Assembly: GCA_010093605.1 (NCBI GenBank)
Contig: MU004185.1
Location: 331,334 to 395,333, forward strand
Length of the DNA: 64,000 nt
From: Lophium mytilinum
Taxonomy: Eukaryota
Direction: 5' to 3'
Positions within the stretch are counted from its first letter, which is position 1. Every line of letters starts with the position of its first letter. The notes beneath the pieces are model-generated. The model was given only the letters and a program-made list of their open reading frames with translations. It ran no database searches and had not been told where the DNA came from. This document shows, in pieces, positions 47,847 to 60,905 of the stretch. The position numbers and the translations under genes were made by a program.

Positions 47847-49170
47847 TCAGAACTGGGGTGAAATAATTGTCCTCAAGCTGACTGATGTGTTGAAGATAAC
47901 GTGTGCCCCGATGCATATAATGGTGCAAGTAAACAAAACCCAGAACGTGACTAGTAAAGCTGGGATCCAAACATAACCAGGAGGGTCGATGCATAGCGTG
48001 GTGAGAACAGAAATACAGACCGTGACCCATAACGATTTGGCCCAACGAACATCACAAGGGCATGAAATCAACATAAGGTGAGTCAAACGGTAGTTGATGG
48101 CCCGGATATTCCGCATAAGGCGATGCGAACGGAAGATGATGCGGATAATGAATTCAGGGCTGTCAAGCAATCAACCAATTGCCCCGTTGAATTGAATTGA
48201 TTGAAGTCTTGGCAATCAATTCAATCAATCGGCTATTTGGAAAAGGTTCAATCAATCAATCAGGAGGGTCTGAATTGGTTGACCATACAAATAACTGTCA
48301 ATATTGTCAATATTGGCAATATTGACAGTTTCAATCAATTCGATCAACTGAAACCTCTGCTGACTAAGCCGTCAACTCAATCAATCTCGAGGGGCCTGGT
48401 TGATTGATTGATTGCTTGACAGCCCTGATAATGATCACTGCGATCAGTGAGGTTGCAAGGTACTGCCGTTGTATTCCAAGCTGAGACCAGCATTCTTGAA
48501 GCGTCAGGCCGATCCAGTGTCTTGCTCCATATTTGTAGAGAAAGGCTCTTTCCGAAAGCCACGAATCCATGCTTGCAACGGCCGTTGATGTAGCATTGTA
48601 GAATAATGCTCTCTTCGAGATGGAGGGTATGCCGCCTTTGACAGCATCGTCGTAACTGAGGCCTCGATAAGGAGCGCAAATCGTGGAGTTCTTCATAATA
48701 CCCTTAACATTGTTAGCTTTGGCACTCGGATCTTGCTCAGCGCGGACACTTACAAGGCTCTTGTCATTGCAGTCCTTCCAAGTTTGAATACGATCGGCCT
48801 TCTTCGTGAGGTCAATTTGCGTCGCCCCGTAAACATCTTGCCTCTGGCTAAAGTACTCCGTGCGTCCGAAGGCAACTATCGTGAGCAAAAGCCCAAATAT
48901 CGCAACGTATCCACCAATGCGAACGCAAGTGTTGGGGTGACTCCACCACCTCAATAGAGACTTCTTACCACTCGGTGTGGTAGTAACGTTTGATGCTGAG
49001 GCGGTCGAGTTGGTGGTACTCTGAGACTGACTTCCTATAGTGGTATTGACCGGAGGCTGACTGCTTTGAACGAAGCCAGTATTGCTATTCCCAGCTGTTT
49101 GTGCACCATTATTACCGCCGCTTTGTGCGCCTGGGGCACTGTTATGGAGAGTCTGCAGAGGTACTGACAT
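47847..49170 (-). pseudogene. Multi-TM hypothetical membrane protein gene interrupted by a MITE
   Basis: ORFs 48364-49170 and 47847-48170 join in frame (...AVIII-RIIFRSHR...) when the element and one target-site copy are removed. Confidence 0.7.
48155..48427. mobile_element. 273-bp MITE (hAT-like CAGGG termini) rich in TCAA/TTGA subrepeats
   Basis: TIR CAGGGCTGTCAAGCAATCAA at 48155, with its exact reverse complement ending at 48427. ATAATGA lies on both flanks (imperfect ~8-bp TSD). Confidence 0.85.
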
Positions 49171-50050
49171 ATTCTGCAGATGCGCAAACCTTCACGACAG
49201 TCGCTAGTTAAGAAACCAGAAAATCTCGAGGGCGTAAACTTTTTCGAATATAGGGGGAAACAAACGATTTGAGGGTGCCTATTGTTCTCATAATAAGCGC
49301 CGCACGGCCAGCACCCTGCTTGCACATCCAAAAATAAAAAGCCATACAATCGCTGAGTGGTCAGTCAAGAGGCAAGGCTGAAACTTCTCGGTGGCCCCGT
49401 ATCGTGAAATGGGGCCAAAATGAGAATATTGCTGCAAGGCTGAGGACTAGCCCCGAGGCGTAGGCGATGTTGCATGACTAGCCCCGTGCACCACGCTCTC
49501 GTGAGCTCTGTGAGTTCTGGAGGGGTTAATAAAGGCTTGTAATACATCTGAGGATTTGAAAGCGATAGAGTAGTCATTAAAGTGAGCGTTACAGTCCTGC
49601 ATTATCAACTTTATAGTCCTAAGTTTCACCTCTTCAAATTCACCGCTCATGAAGCGACTGGCCTGTGCCAGAGGCATACCTTTGAAAATCGCTCTTGCAA
49701 AGGCATTTTCCTTTCATAAGACCGAATATAACGTAAGGGAAGGGTTATCGTACGTCATCATTAGACATGAGACCAGAGTTTCATACCAGTGAAAACTCCT
49801 CTTCAGATACTTCATCCTCGGAGGTGTAACCGTTTAGTAGTGGAGTTCAGTACAAGATATTCCAAACAGATAGAGCCCACCACTAGATAGGAAGCAACAC
49901 TTGCGGTAGCTTCTCATAAGAAAGATATGACGACATAGTGGGCAAAAGTGCGATTCCTCCAGCACTCTTCAGTCTTGTTCTTGTTCCCCTTAGCATTGCG
50001 GCACTATCTATCGCCAAGCTTCTTACGTTGATCAGCAGTGAAGCGTCGTT

Positions 50051-51769
50051 TCACGACACAGCTGTTGTCTTGAAGTGCTCCAGGCATATCTCTAGTGGCC
50101 TGATAACGTTCTTGATGATCTCTACTCTCCATGATCTTTGTGCATGATTCGCCCCCGTGAAGCACCACTTCACTGCGGAAGCATAATCATCACCGCCTTC
50201 ATCGTCGACACATTGGGACCACTTCAGCGCAGCCATAAGATCGAGGGCTTGCTTTGCCCCTCCAGCCTCGATTGGATGCTTTTGGCGGAGAGGGTGGTCT
50301 TCCAGTCGTCGACCGAAGCAGAGCTCCAGAAGGAGGATGCCAAGCGAAAAGAAGTTGCAGTCATTGGCCTCGGTGTTTGGCATCGTAGGATCATATAGTG
50401 GGAAGCCTTGCCGGATGAAGGGTTCAAGGTATGTTATTCCGCAGTCGTCATTCTCGCATGGATAGAAGAAAACGTCTTCTTTCCTGAGATTAGGTCTTAT
50501 CCACCCAGTGAATTGGAGCTGGGCTATAGAAGAAGCCAGCAGCAGGGCGATAGAATAGCGTTGACGTCGGGTAATATGCGCTTCGTAGTTTTGAGAGAGG
50601 ATATGATCTAGTGTTACGGGGCTGCTGTTATTGAGTCTTTTCCGCTTTGTGAACGGGTGCAGATGGTATGTTTCGTCATCATGGCCGATGATTCCTATAC
50701 ACTGGTTGTTACCATCTTTACCCAGAAGCTCGCAGAGGCCAAGGCTTGGGTCAACTAAGACATCCAACTCGATCTTCGGTACGGTGACTACGGTCGTAGC
50801 GGGTGTTGTGAAGGCTACCTTTTTTCGCCTTACTAGTGACGGTGATGGTGATGGCTTCATGGGCTTGTGCGGACAAGAGCAGCCAATCATTTGTCTACAC
50901 TGCAGCTCTTGCCATAGCCATGGGGTGTTCACCCGAGAAGATGGAGCAGCGAACATGAGAATGACTTCGAAGCATATCTCCGGAAGTGTGCGATGCTCGA
51001 GTCGAAGATTGGCGAAGTGGTATTGCTGACACGAACACTGCCATGCCTTTGACAGGGCTTTAAAGAGGTGGTCCGACATCTTCCACGCTTTCTTCAGTGC
51101 TGTCTCCAGAGCCGAGGTTTTCTTCGTGTTGGGAGAACCAGCGTTCTGTAGTGCGGATACCTTGTCGCTCGTATTGAGGAGCTTCTCTAATCGTCCGTTA
51201 CACTCCTTCAACTGATCGAAAAGCGCCTTCCTCACAGGGTCATTGAAGCTGAACCTGATTCGAAATGTTTCGTAGTCCCATTTTGACTTTGCTGACGCGA
51301 ACTTGGAGGGTTTGGTCGGCGGCTGTGGGCTCGAAGGCCGCCGCTGCTTTTGCAGTTGTGACGGAGCGAGCCTGCTTTGAATATTCGCCCCGTCGAAAGA
51401 GAGCTCCTTCTTCAATTCCTCTGCTGTCTCGTTCATCTTGTGGATAACTCCCATGTAGAGATCATACGACTCCTGAAGCCGCCCCTCCAAGCGCTTTTGC
51501 AGAGCCTTGCTGCTCCAGTCTTTTCCCCCTGGGTCGCCCACTAGACGATTGATCTCAGTTGCATCATACCCCATCGGCAGTAGAAGTTCTTGCAAGTTTC
51601 TCTTGTAACATAGCTCATAGAACTTGACATCCTCGCGGCATTGGGTGTATTCCTTCCGCACTCGCCAGAAGAAACCGCCGACCTTGGCGATATCGCGCCA
51701 GTGCTCGAGGCCGGAGATGATCAAGGGAAAGGCCCCGAGTATAAGGCCTGCAATTTCGATGCCGCTCAT
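50051..51769 (-). CDS. Fungal protein with HeLo-like N-terminus and C-terminal kinase-like (DUF7580-type) region
   Basis: MSGIEIAGLILGAFPLIISGLEHW N-terminal helix; WQCSC..H.ANLRLEHR; R.SIALLLASS..QL..T.W; FSLGILLLELCFG..LE; DYASAVKWC. Confidence 0.8.
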   Translation of the reverse strand: MSGIEIAGLILGAFPLIISGLEHWRDIAKVGGFFWRVRKEYTQCREDVKFYELCYKRNLQELLLPMGYDATEINRLVGDPGGKDWSSKALQKRLEGRLQESYDLYMGVIHKMNETAEELKKELSFDGANIQSRLAPSQLQKQRRPSSPQPPTKPSKFASAKSKWDYETFRIRFSFNDPVRKALFDQLKECNGRLEKLLNTSDKVSALQNAGSPNTKKTSALETALKKAWKMSDHLFKALSKAWQCSCQQYHFANLRLEHRTLPEICFEVILMFAAPSSRVNTPWLWQELQCRQMIGCSCPHKPMKPSPSPSLVRRKKVAFTTPATTVVTVPKIELDVLVDPSLGLCELLGKDGNNQCIGIIGHDDETYHLHPFTKRKRLNNSSPVTLDHILSQNYEAHITRRQRYSIALLLASSIAQLQFTGWIRPNLRKEDVFFYPCENDDCGITYLEPFIRQGFPLYDPTMPNTEANDCNFFSLGILLLELCFGRRLEDHPLRQKHPIEAGGAKQALDLMAALKWSQCVDDEGGDDYASAVKWCFTGANHAQRSWRVEIIKNVIRPLEICLEHFKTTAVS

Positions 51770-52122
51770 TAGGATTATTAGAAGTATATGGCGAGGAGGG
51801 AAGAGGTTCAGCGAAGCGCCGTGTGGTGAACATTTGAAGGAGGTAGTTCTAGCAGCGACCATCGTGGCTAGGCCCCGCAATTCTGGCCCCCAGCGCTCTT
51901 CAGCCTCATCGGATGAACCTCAACCCCATGTGCACCCTGGCGGGATAGCATCTCTCTCGTAATACAAATTTCGTCAGCAATTCGAACGAGGGCTATTTTT
52001 CCTAGTCGTTGAGACTTGCGAGTCGCGAGTGGCATCCCTGAGTACTTCCTAGTCGACGAGCGCATGAGACTCAACTTCATGTCGCCGCCGAACTGTATGT
52101 ATATGGCGAAGTCTGAGCCACG

Positions 52123-55062
52123 ATGAGTGCATCTGTATCAGCACAATGTCGGGCTTGCATCCAGAAATTGACGACGATCGTCTCGACTCTTTCCGCCCCT
52201 GACAGGCAGAAGGGCCGACTCCACCACGCCCAGGTCAACGACGAGCTGGAAAGATTCACCTTATGGATTGGCAACATTGGTGCCCTGCATCCCCCGGAGT
52301 CTTCTTTATCTCTCGAATCGCGTCTTCGAGAAGCGAAGGATGTCTTGACCCATGTCCTAGAGTTGCTAGATGATCTGATCGAGGTCGCCGGAGAACGTGG
52401 GTCTGCTTCTTTCTCCATGCCTTTCAACGATCTGACATAATATAGTCCTGGAAATCGTCTCCGGAGACCGGGAAGGGGAGACAGCTTCTACACATAATGC
52501 CGGCGAGGAGGAAGACCAAAATGAGGAAACGGAACTTCTCACAGAATTTGGGGCTTGCATCACTCGTCTCTACAGAGTATCCCGCCTCATCCGCCAAGCT
52601 GCGCCAACAGATCTTTTTATGAAAGCTCTCAGTCGTAATCGATATCAATTCAATGACCAGTACGACATCGCTCATGTGGGTGAGAAGTACCCGAAGCTCG
52701 CCACAGAAGAACGTGTGTGGCTCCAGAAGCGACTCGGTCGAGCCATTACCCAACGTCGACACTATTTGAGCTACATTCGAGACCACCGCGACAAGCTTGA
52801 GAGGATGCCCACTGACGGAAAAATACGTGAACATGAATCGCAAGCTCCCTCAAGACAACATCCAGCCATCAAACAATTCCTCGATTCCTCCAGTCGGCCG
52901 TCCACGTTCTTCACGAAGGCTTCGAGTCTGAAACCGGACCAGATCACATCGGAGATGCTCGCTGCGGAAGAAGAATCAGACCCGGAGGACGATGTGAGGT
53001 CATACACAACCATATCTCGATCCGTTGATGGCGATCTTGACTCCTCAGCTACAGTCAGGATTCCGAAGCTTGACGGGCTGCGAACTAAGGGTAACAAAGC
53101 TGTGGAATGCCCCTTTTGTTTTCGAATGAAGAAGTTCAAAGATGAACGAGCATGGCGACGACATGTTTTCTCCGACCTCCGTGTCTACGTTTGCACATTC
53201 CCCGACTGCGACGCCCCGTATTTCGTCGACATAAATGAATGGTTTCGTCACGAGATGCAGAACCACCGCATCAGCTACACCTGTCAGTTTTGTGAGCGCA
53301 AGACATTCCAGCTCAAAGAACGTTACTTGACGCACGTGCGAAAACGACATCCCAATGTGCTTCAAGACGGCACCGAGCAGCCTCTTCTTTATATTGCCCG
53401 AAAGCCACTCGATCAGATACCTGCTTTGGAATGCCCATGCTGCTGGAAATGGGTTGATCGTCTCAAGGAACGGGCGGGAGTCGGCGGCATGCCTCCTGAC
53501 GGACCTGAACACATGCTCACCGTCGTCCCAACCGTGTTCAAACGCCACCTCGCTTCTCACTTGGAACAGTTGGCGTTGTTTGCAGTTCCAATTGCTTCAC
53601 CTATTGAAGGCGATGCCAGATCAGATGCTGCCGTCGAGGAGGTGGGCGCTTTTACTAAGGATTCGAATCTCTCAACCCTTGCCTACGACAGTTCCAGGCC
53701 ATCATCTTCAGCAAGCCAAGAGCAGCCATCAGACGACGTCAAAACAATAGAATGGTGGAAGGCCATGGAAAATAAGTTAGAGGGTAGAACAGAAGACTCG
53801 ACCTCTCTGCTCGATCGAAAAGGGCCCGAATTATTAGAACAGGATGGATTGGAACCACAAGTGAGCCCGTACAAAAGGATTAGAGGGACGCTGGGTGATA
53901 GAGAAAAGCTTGACCCAAGTAAGAACCCATTCAATTCCACACTTTGTAAACATAGCTCATGTAAGCCAGGTTTCATGGTTCGGAGACCAGCCGTCCCATT
54001 CTTCGTTATCGGTCGAGTAAGTCAAAATGCTTTCCCGGCTTTTAGGTCAACTATCGTTAACTTTTTTAAGGTCTTTAAGGTTCTTAAGCCAGAGATGGTG
54101 GGAGAAGGAACTGCTCCTTCGGAAATGGAGTTTCAAGTTATGCGAGATCCTAGATTCAATCAGGAAATCTTTGTCAAAGTCCGTTGGTTCGTTGTTGTCA
54201 GACGAGGCTCTGACTGCTCTCACTGCTTGTAGGTAACCACGATGTCTTTGCTTTTATGACAAAGCTAAAATTGCTGTTAAGGCCCATACAGACGTATTCT
54301 AAGAGAGGCGTGTCTGCGTTAAAGACAAGGAGCCATCATGCCATCATGTACACAGGTGATGACGGCCCCCCAGATCCACTTCCCCAAGAATTACCTCGAA
54401 CTCCGTCGGAGCTTCCGATGGGCTACCCAATACGTGTGATAGCCACCGAACCCTGGGGAAAACTAGATCCGCTTTCACGTGTAAATTTTCGGAAAGTATA
54501 CACGGTAGAGGACAATGTGAAAGTCTATGACTTTGGCATTGTGGCCCGAGAGTCGATGGAAAAGTTTTTGCACCAATATAACAGCGCCTGGGGAATCGCC
54601 CCGACCACACCGACTTCGACAGCAAAGCATTCAACGCCAGGCCCACCCGAACATTCCGGAGCTGACTTGTCGAAGACTAATAATGCTGCAACCACCGCAC
54701 CTCACGATAACTCGTGGATCTGGAGTGAGGAACATCAGCGACACTATCGTATTATCTACGACAAAAACGGTACATACCCCGACCTACCTGAAGCAATTCG
54801 TCAAAATATACTGACATTTCCCAGGAAACCCTGTGTACATTTGGCAGGAAGTTACACCTGCATACTCACGAACAGCTTCACCTGGAACAGATGGTAAGTC
54901 AATCACTTAAAGCTACATTTACATCGAGATATATTTCAAATCTATCTTGTGGAGGCTGACGGGAGCTGTATAGAACGTAAGAGGAAAATATTCCGTTGGA
55001 TGACTACGATTCCACAGAGTTCACCGCCCCCTCTCACCATCACCACATCCTCGAGTAAATAA
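52123..55062 (+). CDS. Multi-domain protein: N-terminal helical domain, C2H2 zinc fingers, C-terminal DUF6590-like domain
   Basis: ERFTLWIGNIGA..SLESRLRE; ECPFC...WRRHVFSDLRVYVCTFPDC...WFRHEMQNH; HLASHLEQLALF; VRWFVVVRRG..C.CLPIQTY..HAIMY..LDPLSRVNFRKVYTVE.NVKV. Several introns; the 3' exons are less certain. Confidence 0.8.
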
Positions 55063-55634
55063 CGCTTCGCTCAGTGGCAAGAGAAATCACATCTAGCACA
55101 GTCCGGTGGAAGACCGATGCTTCCCGAGTCCTGGCCCCTGTGCCCAAATGCATAGACCAGTACTAGACAAAGGGACAGGGGTTGATTTCGAGATCAGAAC
55201 CGAACGAGAATGATGCTAGACATGAGTTTGGGTACTCTTTGCGACTGCTTGGGGCATTAATCCACATGGTCTTTGTGCTACCTACTTCACCAAAGTTAGA
55301 CCTCTTTTGATACCTAAATTCAACGGTCTCGAATAGAAGATTGCCTATCGAAGGCAGAATCATTCCCGAAGGGGTATCCCATGTCCCGTGGGAGGTGCAA
55401 GTAATATATCATGTAACCACACCTACTAGCTTCAATGCTTGAGCAGGCAGCCCGAATATTTCCACCGCCATATGCCACCGAACCACAGATAGCAAGAAAT
55501 ACTATTCCCGTAGTGTAATATCACATACCCGCAACAGCTCCATGCAATGCACCCTTAGCCCAGCCCGCCATGTAACCCATGCTCCCAAAAAATTTCCCCA
55601 TTCCGCATCCCTCAATCCATAAGCCCTTCGCAAC

Positions 55635-57226
55635 CTATTTCACCGCGTCCCTCGTAACCCCATCGGACACCCACTTCCCCTCAAACTTCTCCTGCAGCAC
55701 CCTCAACCGACTAAAGAAGACATCGTCGTCCACATATGCCCCCTTAAGCCAGCGCTCCCCTTCATTGGCATCAAACGCACGTCGGGCATGCACGACACGC
55801 CTGTTATCGAAAACGACGCACTCTCCCTCTTCCAGCCTATACTCAAGCATATTCTCCTCGCTGCTAAGCGCCTTCTCAAACGCCTTGCTAGCCGAGAGGT
55901 AGTTGCCGAGCGCGGACTGGTTCTCGCCGCCGATGCGGGCCTCGAAGGGGCCTTGGAAGGGAGGGGACCAGTTGACGCGGCGGATAGCGAGGTTGGTGGG
56001 CTCGGAGTACTTCGGGTACGGGAAGAGCTCGATCGTCGGCCGGGTGTAATGGTAGTGCTGGGAGTCGTTGTGGTAGTGGTAGGTCACTGGGAAGGTGCAC
56101 AGGGTGCGGAAGTGGAAGGCGGATGAGGTGTGGATCTCGGCGGCGGCGTGGAAGGTGTCGGCGAAGAGAGAGGAGCCGCCGGGGGATTGCGCTCGAAGGG
56201 AGTGTAGGAGTTGGAGGTGGGGTGGGTTGGTGGTGTAGCTAATCAGACTTTAGTTTAGAAAGAGCTTGGTTCGAGGGTCTGATGTATCGTCGTGGGTAGC
56301 CAAGGCTGATATATAGAGAGATTGTATAAAAAAGATTGAAGGATGCGGCGTTTGACAGTAACAGGAAAGCTTTGAATATGCTTGACGATAATAAAGACTT
56401 ACAGGAGATCCATATGCAGACCCAGGAACTGACTAGTGTATGCAATGTTCTTAGCATTCGGGATAGACTTCACATCCCAAGTTCGGCCGTAGAAGGTATC
56501 CTTCATGGTCCCAATCCGTTCAGCAATATCTTCAACCGACTTCTCCGAGTCTGGTACCCCTTTGAAGAACAGCAGCCCATACTTGTTCAGATGGAGGAGG
56601 GCCTCGAACAAGGTGTGGTCGTTGGCCATGTAGTCATCATAGTCCAGCCATTTGTTATTCTTGGTCATGATGTCTTTATTCCACACGACTCGCTCATCGC
56701 TCCGCACACCTCCTCGAAGCTCCACTTCCGTAGTCAGAGCTCGCTTCAGCCAATTGATGGAGTGCTTAGTCCGGTGCTCAGAAGAATATCCAGGGACATC
56801 GCTCTGCCAGGCAACCTCCACCATCCAGCCATGTTCTTTGTCGACAATGGTCTTGCATATACCCTCGATGTTCTCTGGGATATCGCAAGTCTGGAAAAGT
56901 TTCTGTTTGTTCGAGGGGTCCACGCATTCGGGGCACGTGCAGCTGTCTCGAAGGAAGATGCTGTCGAAGATCTTGGGCTCGCCGTCAATGCTCACGGCCA
57001 GATTCTTCGACGGCTTGCCATCCAATTGGCCTGCGTTCGACGCATCGTGAACCAGGTGTTCCTGGGGTGTTGTTGCTTCCTGAGCGGGGTTGGTGGAGTT
57101 CTTCCAGAACTGGCGGGTGGGCACAGCATTCCGCGCAAACAGTCCAGGACGGTGTTTGCGCGTTCCAGCACGAGCAATGGCCGTCAGTGGACGCAGACCG
57201 ACGCGGGTGAGGAGGTTTATGGACAT
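55635..57226 (-). CDS. Mitochondrial TauD/TfdA-family 2OG-Fe(II) dioxygenase (gamma-butyrobetaine dioxygenase / Aim17-like)
   Basis: Arg-rich mitochondrial-type presequence; LRDSCTCPEC Zn domain; NIAYTSQFLGLHMDLLY (HxD); FDNRRVVHARRAF; RWLKGAY. Intron 56402-56239. Confidence 0.92.
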
Positions 57227-57422
57227 GACTTTCGGTGTTTGGGGCCGACGATCCGTTTTGCGGGGGAGGCGTGCGGCCTTGTACCTCAGCAGAGAATTGG
57301 TCCGAGGATAAGATGAAGAGCTGGTCCGCTGTCCCGACGCACTCAACACGCACTCCACTACATCAGCCGATCCCTCCTGTGCCCTTAGTACGCGTCGCTT
57401 GCTGGGCGAAGGAGCTGGGTGT

Positions 57423-58520
57423 ATGTCTGGCGGTGTGGTACAGCTCAAGGATGAGGTAACGGCCACCCGCTGGCGGATACGAAGGCACGAGACTGCAGAC
57501 AGCTGATCCAACTTGCTTCTTCCAGGGCTCCTCGAAGCAGGTCGTCGTTGCGGGGTCTGTCGCAGGCCTGGTCTCTCGGTAAGAGCCTCATACAGCTCTT
57601 AAGACGGCGATGTGCTAATCGCATTCACGCGTTCTAGGTTTGTTATAGCACCGCTGGACGTCATCAAGATCCGCCTACAACTCCAAATCCACTCCCTCTC
57701 CGATCCGACGAGTATACACGGTATTGATGGACCTGTCTACAAGGGGACGCTGGGGACGCTCAAGCAGATACTGCGCGAGGAGGGTCTCACTGGGCTATGG
57801 AAGGGGAATATCCCGGCAGAGGCCATGTATCTCATGTACGGAGCCATCCAATTCTCGACCTACACGCACGCCTCGCACGCCCTGAACAACCTACCCTCGC
57901 CGTACAAGCTCCCTGACTCCGCAAACTCGTTCATTTCGGGTGCGCTGGCTGGAGCTTGCGCAACGACTACCACCTATCCGTTAGACCTCCTGCGGACCCG
58001 ATTCGCAGCGCAGGGGAAAGACCGTGTCTACACCTCGATAGTGTCCTCGGTTCGCCAGATCGCAGCTACTGAAGGCCTCCCAGGATTCTTCCGAGGGTTG
58101 GGAGCAGGTGTGAGCCAGATTGTGCCGTACATGGGCCTGTTCTTTGCTGGGTACGAGGCTCTCAAGCCGGCACTTTCGAAAGACGTCGTTCCGCTACCGT
58201 TCGGAAGTTCAGACGCTGTGTCCGGCATCGTTGCTAGTGTGCTTGCAAAGACTGCGGTGTATCCACTGGATACTACGAGGAAACGATTACAAGTGCAAGG
58301 GCCCACGCGATCACAATACGTACACCGTAACATCCCTCTCTATAAGGGCGTCTTCTCAACGGTTGGCCGTATCTGGAAGAACGAGGGACGGAGAGGCATG
58401 TATCGAGGCCTGACCGTGAGTCTGCTCAAGGCAGCTCCGGCCAGCGCTGTAACAATGTGGACCTACGAGAGGACCATGGGCGTCCTGACTTCGATGGACG
58501 AGAAGCTGAAGGAAATATGA
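57423..58520 (+). CDS. TPC1: Mitochondrial thiamine pyrophosphate carrier
   Basis: Three Px[DE]xx[KR]xR carrier signatures ([34 protein letters not shown]) and LWKGNIPAE. Two 5' introns. Confidence 0.93.
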
Positions 58521-58849
58521 TATGGGTCACAAACGGTGTTAGCGGCGTTGTACAATAGCGGGATACTCTAGAGTAGGCGAACTTGGGCGCCTGTCCGACA
58601 TCAAACTTCAACGGTCAGTTTCAGAATTAGAAGCCTCAGGAATGGCAACGAACGTATATAATTCAATGATACCCTAGTATGTTTTATAGAAGTTTTAGTG
58701 CTATGACGTGAAAATAAGCTACTCGTCCCCGCAGTGGAGTGATGGTGGTGCCAAAGATCGCCGAACCAAGACACGAAAATTTCGAGCCTCAAAACCCTCG
58801 AAACTCTACCAAAACTCTGTCACGACGAAAATTACACTCTCTCTGCAAG

Positions 58850-60905
58850 ATGAAGCGCAAGAATGATACACCAGCCAATGGCGCCTCCAAAAAGCGCGCC
58901 ATTTCCGACTCAGAAGCAGAGAAGAACTTTCGCGCCGGCCTCTTCGACAGCAAAGTACTGGCCGACTACACACAACAATACGCAAAGTCGTCCCCGTAAG
59001 ACCTTCATACCTCCAGCAAATACAATTGGCTTCGTCTAACACTCATACAGCTACAAACATGCTGTAATCCATAATCTAATCTCATCGCCCCTCCTCCGCG
59101 CCGTCCGCACCGAAATCCGAGAGAACATCTCCTTCACGCCCAAGGAGACCGACATCTACAAGATCCACCAGTCCGGCGACCTCGCGAACCTCGATGGCCT
59201 CGACGATGCTGCTCTGCGTAGGCTCCCATCGCTTCTCACGCTCCGCGATGCCCTCTACTCGTCTGCGTTCCGGAAATATATCGCTAGTGTTGCGGGATCG
59301 GGGCCGCTGAGTGGAGTCAAGACGGATATGGCTGTGGTAAGTTCCGCTGAATCCAATTTGGAGAAATGAAGCTGATCTAAGGTACAGAATGTGTATACCC
59401 CGGGATGTCACCTCCTCTGCCACGACGACGTCATTGGGAGTCGGCGCGTAAGCTGGATCCTATACCTGTTGGACCCGGATCGGGACTGGAAGCATGAATG
59501 GGGTGGAGCCTTGCGTCTGTATCCTACGAAAGTGCTAAAAAATCAGGACGGTGATGAGGTGAAGATTCCACAACCGGACTTTTCGGTGTCGATCCCACCG
59601 GCGTGGAACCAGCTGTCTTTCTTCACGGTACAGCCTGGGGAAAGCTTTCACGATGTCGAGGAAGTGTACAAGCGGAGTGAAGATGAGACGGAAGAGGAAG
59701 ACGGAGGTCGAGTGCGGATGGCGATTAGTGGCTGGTTCCACATACCCCAGGAAGGCGAGGAGGGATACGAAGAGGGTCTTGAAGAGAAGCTCGCCGAAAA
59801 GAGCTCCCTCGCCCAGTTGCAAGGAGGAAAGGCAGACGCATTTGACCGGCCTCAACCACAATGGGTCGAATTCGAGGACGATTCCGAAGAAAACGAGGAA
59901 GAGGAGGAACTCTCAACCGCAGAGATCGAATTCCTTCTGAAATACCTAAACCCCAACTATCTCACCCCTGACACCGTCGACGAGCTCCAGGCAATGTTCG
60001 CAGACGAGTCATCCCTTCAACTCTCGACCTTCCTCTCCAACAAGTTCTCCGCGCGTCTACAGACATGGATTGAGTCCAAAGACCACGAGGAGCATCCAAG
60101 CCTCCCGGCCCACCCTTCAGCTCCGAAGGGAGACTCCACAGGCGTCGCCCGCCCGCCGCACAAGCACCGCTTCCTATACCGCCAACCCATCCTCCCGCCT
60201 CCTGCATTAAATCCCGACCTAGAGCTCAGCCCTTACGACGAACTCGTTGACATCCTCTTCCCTCACCCATCTTTCCGCAAATGGCTCGCCCTAGCAACCG
60301 GCCTCACCCTCACAAAAACCAACATCCTAGCCCGCCGTTTCCGCCGCGGCGTCGACTACTCCCTCGCCACCGCCTACGAAGACGAGCAACCCCAGCTAGA
60401 AATCTGCCTCGGCATAACACCATCAAGCGGATGGGCGCCCGAAGAAGCCGAAGAAGACGACGCCACTGCCGGCGCCGAAGAAAACAACCGCTCCAAAAGC
60501 AACGGCAAAGCCAAGTCGAAAGCGAAAGAGCCAGCTCCTCCAACCCCCGCAACGGAGGAGCCCGAAGTAGGCGGCTACGAGATGTACATGGCCGGCGACG
60601 ACGAGGAGGCCGCCCCGGCGCCTACCACTGGAGAAGCGTCCACGAACACGGGCGCTGGGCAGCGGAGGAAGACGAAAGCGGATCCGGCGGTGTACCGCAG
60701 CGCGGCGGATGACGAGGATGATGGGGTGCTGTTTTCTATGCCGGCAAGTTGGAACGCGCTTAGCGTTGTGTTGCGGGATCAGGGCGTGTTGAGGTTCGTG
60801 AAGTATGTGAGTAAGGCGGCGAAGGGGGATCGGTGGGATGTTTGTGCGGAGTTTGGGGTGGAGATTGGGGAGGAGGGGAGTGATGAGGAGGAAGGGGATG
60901 AGTAG
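58850..60905 (+). CDS. TPA1: Prolyl 3,4-dihydroxylase Tpa1/Ofd1 (OGFOD1)
   Basis: PYKHAVI; KETDIYKIHQSGDLANLDGL; GCHLLCHDDVIGSRRVSWILYL; SFHDVEEV; RMAISGWFH; LRFVKYVS. Two introns. Confidence 0.95.

Noticed and set aside
57226..57423. Short bidirectional promoter between the dioxygenase and TPC1 as a novel cluster
   Set aside because: Compact head-to-head housekeeping genes are common in fungi; no evidence of a shared pathway.
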